A stretch of 64,000 bases of DNA from a virus. This document shows positions 58,316-64,000 of the stretch, one piece after another (the stretch's first letter is position 1; every line of letters starts with the position of its first letter). Position numbers and translations under genes: made by a program. Under the pieces are notes generated by a model. The model saw only the letters and a program-made list of their open reading frames with translations. It did no database searches and was not told the origin of the DNA. The stretch lies in IMG/VR virus record IMGVR_UViG_3300042298_003052, positions 32,001-96,000 of that record; one strand, written 5' to 3'.

Positions 58316-58489
58316 CTAACTTTCTTCAAACGATCGCACTTTGTTACAATATCGTGCGAATTGGCCATAGGTCCAACCATTACGTTGGCACATCCAATTG
58401 CGATGAGCTTGTGCCCACATCTCGTCATTCGGATAATTCTCCCTTAGAGGAGCTGGATTTGTCAGGTCGAACAGAGTTTTTAGTACCAT
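58316..58489 (-). CDS. Small hypothetical protein (57 aa, not in the ORF track)
   Basis: MVLKTLFDLTNPAPLRENYPNDEMWAQAHRNWMCQRNGWTYGQF...; fills the gap before the terminator but overlaps the upstream gene by 65 nt. Confidence 0.35.
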   Translation of the reverse strand: MVLKTLFDLTNPAPLRENYPNDEMWAQAHRNWMCQRNGWTYGQFARYCNKVRSFEES

Positions 58490-59069
58490 AGATGATTTTT
58501 AACTCACTCAATACAAATATATTACCATCTCTCTTAGCTTTACCGACTACATGACGACCGAATTTTAATCCTTTTGGTAACTTGAAATCTTCTGGTATGA
58601 CAACATTATAAAAATTAAAATCTTTGTTGCTGTGTCCTCTACGTCCTACATACAAAGCTAAAGATGTATCACTTGTGCTCTTACCGACACTAGCTTCAAA
58701 TTCTAGCCAGTCAACAGGACGATCGCGACCATCACCACAAGCAAACGGTACGATACCCTGAAATTTGTTCAATGCTTGAGGATAAACTGACCAGAGATGA
58801 TCCTCTTTGAAATACTTTTCTATATCCGCTAGAACTCTAGTAATAAAAGTAGAATCAGATCGCGCCAGATCCAAAACTCTAAATACTGATCCATCAGTGC
58901 ATCTAAACATCAAAGTGCGATCGCCCTTATCGTTAGGCAAAGATCGTACTAGCCTACCATTGAGCCATGCAACACATTTGAAGTCAATTTTGTTACCTTT
59001 TTTATAAGATGGCTTTTTAGAGCGATCTGCTTTTTGTTCAGGTGTTAGAATGACAGGTTTAGAGATCAT
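58425..59069 (-). CDS. Hypothetical protein
   Basis: AAGGA RBS; basic and beta-rich. Confidence 0.6.
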   Translation of the reverse strand: MISKPVILTPEQKADRSKKPSYKKGNKIDFKCVAWLNGRLVRSLPNDKGDRTLMFRCTDGSVFRVLDLARSDSTFITRVLADIEKYFKEDHLWSVYPQALNKFQGIVPFACGDGRDRPVDWLEFEASVGKSTSDTSLALYVGRRGHSNKDFNFYNVVIPEDFKLPKGLKFGRHVVGKAKRDGNIFVLSELKIIYGTKNSVRPDKSSSSKGELSE

Positions 59070-59102
59070 AAACGTCCTTTAATGTGCGATGGATAGAGTA
59101 TA

Positions 59103-61709
59103 TCACAGTTCGTTTGATTCGCTGTTGTCTCCAAAGTATACAATCTCAACGTCGGTTTCTTTATAGGAAGGAATAGGATATCCACTGTAAAGATAAACCG
59201 TACAATCGTTTCTAAGAATACGAGATCGTCCGATCGCTTGAATAAGATTAGATTCGATTAATGCACATTGAATAGCTTGAAGGTTTGGATCTTCAAATGT
59301 GTTTAATTTGAATCTATATCCGTTTCGATTGATCACAAGAGTCGTGGTATTAACATGGTCCGCCGTCAAATAGTCTAAACCCATTGCAGCAGCAATAATG
59401 AAAACCTGATTGGGAGAAGGATAGGGAGTGCCTACCACGTTGATACTATTTCCATTCAAAGAATCATATCCTGCACAATTACCGAAATAGGAGTCAGCAG
59501 GATTCTTAAATTTATGTCTAAAATCTTTGAATGTGATAGTAGGTAAATCTCCGGCTTTATCAACCACTTTGTTTATGGTATTGGGAACATTTAGACTAGA
59601 TTTGCTACAGGAGTTAGACATATCCTGGACCAAGTTGCCTACAGGCACGACATTGGAAATATCGATAAATTCTAAGCGATCGCCAAATAGTTCGCGATAA
59701 ATATGTTCATCAGCGGTAGCGGAAAGAATAATAATTTTGCGATCTGTAGGAATATCTTTCTTATGGGCATAGTGCATCTTACCTTCAAACTTGTCATCAT
59801 TAACGTAGAAGCCCTTCATACGGAACAGATCTAAAATGTTGCCTGAGAAGTGTCCAGAAGGGGCAGCAGCAACTAAACTAATCAACTCGCTTAGTGTATC
59901 ACTCAGATTGACTCTGATGGTCTCAACGGTCTTCAGGCGCTTGTTAATGTACGTTTGATATTCCTTGATTACAGGGAGAAAATCTCTTTTAAGTTGTTGA
60001 GAACCTTCAGTGTCCACCAAGTTCTCAAGTCGATAAAGATCTTCACGGGTTACATAATGAGAAGGAATAATGACATTTAAAATATCTTCATCACAGATAA
60101 TAGTTTTACAATGACCAAAAGGATATTTACCGTCTTTTTGATTCTTCGTGAACATCTTAGCGTGGGTAGTCCACACAGATTTGTGATTTTGTCCATAGGT
60201 CAGACTATTGGCCTGAAAATACAAATCCAAAGCGTTTAAGACTTCAGGACTGTTAGAGGTATCCTTTCTAAGCGCTGCGATCTTATTTTGAGCAACTTGG
60301 TAAAGACCGACAGAATAATAATACTCAAGCTCTGAGGCAAGATCTTCAGGGATACAATCAGGTAGTTTAGGAGTAACGTATACAGGTAAATTGAACAAAA
60401 TACTGTTCCGTTTGATTGGTTCGATCGCTAAAAGATCATCAAACGAAGGAATACCAATCTTTTTACCTAATTCATCTTTAAGAGCATGAGTAGGAAAAGC
60501 ATAAGCTACAGGTTCATGAGTATCGTTGAAAGAATCTATTAACAATGTGCTCTTGCCTAATCCAGTAGCACAATTGAAAACATAAACTTTAGTGTCATTA
60601 GATTCACAAGCCTTCAAAAATTCATGTTTCATTTTTCTTTCTGCATCCTTTAATTGAAACGCCTTTCTTACATAGTTTGCCACAGGAACAGGTTCGGAGT
60701 ACTGATTTGAGTAGGTAGCCTGAAGAATATTCTTATATTCCCAATCTTCCTCAAAAGGACTAAAATTCTCTAAGCGAGAAGGATTATAATCACGACCCTT
60801 GATAGAAGAGAGAACTGCATAATGTTTACTCTCATAGGTACCAGTGGCATCCATCACCTGTCTCATCCACACTATACCACCTTCAATACACTGAAGATTG
60901 GTAGCAATACCAAATAGTTCGGGATAGGTTAGACGCGCTCCAGCATTATACTCCTCCGTCGAACGAATGAATCCGCCCATCTTAAAACTCTTTAATATTG
61001 TGAGCTTATCAGATAATTCTCCAAAGTCAACGCCTCTAATAAGTTCGATATCGGCTTCAGTATGTTGAAATTGTAAAAGTTCTGCGATCGTATCTTTAGA
61101 GACTCTGTTCTTAGCCTTCGTTGAATGTCCACTGATAGCAACTTGATGATTACGCGCAGCAGCTTCAAGTTCAGTATATGTTAAGGAACGAGAATCAAAA
61201 TTGGGATATAGTATCTCTTTACCACCATAATACCAACGATTACAGTTTGAACACTGCTTATCAGATTCAGGAAACAAGAATTTAGCCAGTAAAAATTGGA
61301 TAGAATCAGCCACTTCCATAGATGTAGCGGCATCACCTAAATCGAAAATGATCCTAAATCTTGGATCGCTACCAGTATGAGAGAACGTACTATAAAAGAA
61401 TTTCCAAGGAAGATGATAAAAGTCAAGTCTCTCTTTGAATATATCAGCAGGTAACTTACACTCGAAATCGACTTCAAAAATTCGTTGATACAACCAGTTG
61501 TCTTTCTCACATCCTTTGCCGTCAGTGATCATAGGTAAAACACTATGTCCCTCAACGATGAGATCAGCTAATTCTTCCCAACTCTTTTCAACCTCATAAT
61601 TGAATATTCTTTTTGCGATCGCAGGTGCAGGAGATCCTTTTCCCTTCCCTTTAGGAGGACGATCGCTGAATTTCTGAGGGTCTACACAAAATCTAACTCT
61701 GTCTTTCAT
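59103..61709 (-). CDS. AEP-like primase fused to an SF2-like helicase (plasmid/phage Rep type)
   Basis: N-terminal VDFE, YSTFSH, PRFRIIF, D..C....R.YYG; C-terminal ATGLGKS, AFPTH, TTHA, ICDED, LSATA, QAIGRSR. Confidence 0.75.
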   Translation of the reverse strand: MKDRVRFCVDPQKFSDRPPKGKGKGSPAPAIAKRIFNYEVEKSWEELADLIVEGHSVLPMITDGKGCEKDNWLYQRIFEVDFECKLPADIFKERLDFYHLPWKFFYSTFSHTGSDPRFRIIFDLGDAATSMEVADSIQFLLAKFLFPESDKQCSNCNRWYYGGKEILYPNFDSRSLTYTELEAAARNHQVAISGHSTKAKNRVSKDTIAELLQFQHTEADIELIRGVDFGELSDKLTILKSFKMGGFIRSTEEYNAGARLTYPELFGIATNLQCIEGGIVWMRQVMDATGTYESKHYAVLSSIKGRDYNPSRLENFSPFEEDWEYKNILQATYSNQYSEPVPVANYVRKAFQLKDAERKMKHEFLKACESNDTKVYVFNCATGLGKSTLLIDSFNDTHEPVAYAFPTHALKDELGKKIGIPSFDDLLAIEPIKRNSILFNLPVYVTPKLPDCIPEDLASELEYYYSVGLYQVAQNKIAALRKDTSNSPEVLNALDLYFQANSLTYGQNHKSVWTTHAKMFTKNQKDGKYPFGHCKTIICDEDILNVIIPSHYVTREDLYRLENLVDTEGSQQLKRDFLPVIKEYQTYINKRLKTVETIRVNLSDTLSELISLVAAAPSGHFSGNILDLFRMKGFYVNDDKFEGKMHYAHKKDIPTDRKIIILSATADEHIYRELFGDRLEFIDISNVVPVGNLVQDMSNSCSKSSLNVPNTINKVVDKAGDLPTITFKDFRHKFKNPADSYFGNCAGYDSLNGNSINVVGTPYPSPNQVFIIAAAMGLDYLTADHVNTTTLVINRNGYRFKLNTFEDPNLQAIQCALIESNLIQAIGRSRILRNDCTVYLYSGYPIPSYKETDVEIVYFGDNSESNEL

Positions 61710-61741
61710 AATTATATGGATCCAATGTGTTCTATTGATAA

Positions 61742-61951
61742 TTAACTATTTGCTTCTCTCTCTTTAACCAAATCCAATCCCATACGAATAACGTTAGCCA
61801 TTGTGCAACCCATCTTTACTGACAGATCATATAGTTCTTGTTTTTCGGCTTCAGTCATCAAAAGCGGATAGGTGACTTTAGGTGTTTTCTCTGAAAAAGT
61901 ACGATACGCACCTCTTTTCATCTCTCTCATGACTTGTTTCATCTGAATCAC
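61742..61951 (-). CDS. Ribbon-helix-helix (CopG-like) regulator
   Basis: YPLLMTEAEKQELYDLSVKMGCTMANVIRMGL. Confidence 0.6.
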   Translation of the reverse strand: MIQMKQVMREMKRGAYRTFSEKTPKVTYPLLMTEAEKQELYDLSVKMGCTMANVIRMGLDLVKEREANS

Positions 61952-62051
61952 CTTGAATTAAGTGTATTAGTAACTCATTATAAACGATTATTCACTTTTG
62001 AGTACATAAAATACATGGTGTATTAACCGATCAGTATATTATCAAAAGATC

Positions 62052-62244
62052 CCCCCAATCATCCAAGATGCCAGAAGCGCACCTGATCTCTAGTTTTGAA
62101 AGAACATACAAGTGCGATCGCGTTATTAAGATCGAAAATGGACAAAAAAACGCAGTTACTATATATACTATAGCGATCGCGTTTTTTTGTCCAAATCGAG
62201 AGTAAAAGGCGAGGGCTCTCTCTGGCATCTTGGATGATTGGGGG
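62052..62244. repeat. Nested perfect inverted repeats (24 bp outer, 15 bp inner)
   Basis: CCCCCAATCATCCAAGATGCCAGA at 62052-62075 and 62221-62244; TGGACAAAAAAACGC at 62139-62153 and 62179-62193. Confidence 0.9.
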
Positions 62245-62619
62245 TATTAAGTATATATACCTACACATATATCAACATTTACAGGTTAAAAACGCACTGT
62301 TTTTACGATTTCACACGATTTTATAGGTACCCACGATTTTCTTCAATTTTGAAAAGGATAAGGCTCAAACCCATGTACATCAATAGTTATAGCGATCAGA
62401 GAATGCGAGAAAGAATCAAGGGATACTTATAATGGGGGACGTTGAAACCATTGATATATATGGATCATAGTGATTTAACAGAAAAGAGTGAAAAACGATA
62501 GAAAATTAATACTCAACTCGCTGAGACCCGCATTCTCTCGTTAAAGAAAAACCACATTTTGATAAAAATTAATGTCTATAAGAATCACAGGTAAAAAAGA
62601 GTTATCGTTCATCCTTTTC

Positions 62620-62670
62620 CATTTTGACTAATCGATTGGACCAAATTGACCTGATCGATTGGTCAAAATG
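62620..62670. repeat. Iteron-like palindromic repeats matching those in the initiator gene
   Basis: TTGACTAATCGATTGGACCA-AATTGACCTGATCGATTGGTCAA; 17-bp inverted repeat with one mismatch. Confidence 0.75.
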
Positions 62671-62798
62671 AAATTCACTCAAATTAGACGATCTGAGTAC
62701 ATATACTCATATCTGATCAAAACGATCGCGATCGTTCCTTCTCTATACACCTCACCATTTTCGTGCTATGATGAGATCGTCTATGCAAACAACCTAAG

Positions 62799-63155
62799 AT
62801 GGATATATCTAAAGTACTTCGACTACCATGTGTGGCTCAACATGAGCTATACGATGTTCCTGAAGATTTTGATCATCTAACTGAAATACTAGAAGATGTA
62901 TTTGACTTTGTAGAAACAGAAGATGACTATGAATGTTTCTTCCCTGTAGGTGCTCCTATTCTCTCATCTAATGATGTCATTGGAGCAGAAGAGAATGAGT
63001 TAGTAGATGGAGAAACCCTCCTAGCCCAGACATACGGCCTTGTAACGTGCCTCAGCGAAGATCCCGTACTGTTTATGGTAGAATGCGATCAATGTACCGA
63101 TTACGGCCTTGTGGATGGGCTGGTGCTCAATGTGTATAGAGAGTTTCGTTCTTAA
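62799..63155 (+). CDS. Acidic hypothetical protein
   Basis: ORF with strongly acidic composition. Confidence 0.55.
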   Translation: MDISKVLRLPCVAQHELYDVPEDFDHLTEILEDVFDFVETEDDYECFFPVGAPILSSNDVIGAEENELVDGETLLAQTYGLVTCLSEDPVLFMVECDQCTDYGLVDGLVLNVYREFRS

Positions 63156-63218
63156 CGATCCTCGACAACTATCCATCGACGACATATAATGACCACATAC
63201 AACCAAAAGGAGACCACC

Positions 63219-63650
63219 ATGAGTCCACTAGCAGAGCAATTAAACGAGTTACAAGAACTCTTGTTTAAGTTCCCACTGGATTATATACGCCTTACCCAAG
63301 ACGCGGATCAACAGAAACTTATTAACGAGGAACAGAGACTTGTTAGCGATCATACCGAACTCTTACTGAGATTCCTGTCCTGTCTATCGCAAACTGAGAT
63401 CAGAACACACGAAGCCATCTTAAATAATTCCAAGTTCAAGGAAGGTGATCTAGTTAAAGTATATTCACCACCTGTACAAGGATATGGGTCAATTGTGGAG
63501 GTGTGTTTGCAACATCGAGAACCAGATCTTTCTAGTGTGGGCGTATATTATGAAGTGGTCTTAACACGCGATCTTTGTAATGAACCATTAATCGATGAAC
63601 TCTTCTATGTCGAAGAGAAGTATATTTCCCTAGTTAAAGAACACGTCTAA
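63219..63650 (+). CDS. Hypothetical protein with C-terminal SH3/KOW-like motif
   Basis: AAGGAG RBS before ATG 63219; KFKEGDLVKV...G.IVEV...YYEV. Confidence 0.6.
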   Translation: MSPLAEQLNELQELLFKFPLDYIRLTQDADQQKLINEEQRLVSDHTELLLRFLSCLSQTEIRTHEAILNNSKFKEGDLVKVYSPPVQGYGSIVEVCLQHREPDLSSVGVYYEVVLTRDLCNEPLIDELFYVEEKYISLVKEHV

Positions 63651-63690
63651 TTCTTTAATAACGTAAATATCTAAAAAAGGAGAATTCACC

Positions 63691-64000
63691 ATGGATTTTG
63701 AACAGTACAAGACTTTAACCGATACGCTTTTAGACGAATACACAATGCCATTGGTAAGAGAATTGTCGTATCTTCGTGAGAGAAAGATCGCACTTAAGAA
63801 TCATCTGTACGATATCGAAGCTGCGATCGTTGAAAACAAAACCGCTTATTATAACGCTAAAGACAAAGCCCACGCTGAAGTACACATAAAATTCAAGTTT
63901 GATGTTTTCAGAGAGCTACCAAAGATCGCAGATCATCCAGAACGAGAAGAATTGTTTTCTCTAGCCTGGGATGAATGTGATGGCAATAGAGAAAAGGTTT
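63691..64000 (+). CDS. Hypothetical protein, truncated by the window end
   Basis: AAGGAG RBS; MDFEQYKTLTDTLLDEY... stays open to position 64000. Confidence 0.6.
   Translation, partial: MDFEQYKTLTDTLLDEYTMPLVRELSYLRERKIALKNHLYDIEAAIVENKTAYYNAKDKAHAEVHIKFKFDVFRELPKIADHPEREELFSLAWDECDGNREKV

Noticed and set aside
62031-62880. Short ORFs of 64-73 aa in the repeat region
   Set aside because: Low-complexity translations across inverted repeats with no RBS; the region is treated as non-coding

Overview
This AT-rich window is a large part of a tailed, siphovirus-type cyanophage or phage-plasmid genome. Evidence for a cyanobacterial host is nblA, a cyanophage-type class I ribonucleotide reductase, a cyanobacterial-type tRNA(CAT) and a strong excess of the HIP1 octamer GCGATCGC. 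Layout: (1) 1-17.7 kb, replication and nucleotide metabolism: RecD2, probable SSB, HTH regulator, initiator with internal iterons, primase-DnaB fusion, PolB, two adenine MTases, RNR alpha/beta, CYTH protein, ThyA, DHFR and a resolvase. (2) 17.7-20 kb, an accessory island with an intact EAL c-di-GMP phosphodiesterase. (3) 20-53 kb, a minus-strand morphogenesis module: a 5072-aa tape measure protein, tail chaperones with a -1 frameshift, tail tube, neck, capsid, protease and portal, with an endolysin and a phosphoesterase interspersed. (4) 53-59 kb, PIN-PhoH, nblA and four tRNAs. (5) 59-64 kb, a second replication cassette (AEP primase-SF2 helicase plus an RHH protein) beside a repeat-rich non-coding region. 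The most unusual features are: a tape measure protein carrying two kinase-like, two alpha/beta-hydrolase, one HEXXH, one M23 and one lysozyme-like domain; a small basic ORF whose terminator lies before its stop codon (ArfA/BrfA-like logic); a phage EAL protein; and a second copy of the initiator iterons 58 kb away. No terminase, integrase or distal-tail genes were recognised. All calls are from motifs read by eye; no searches were run.
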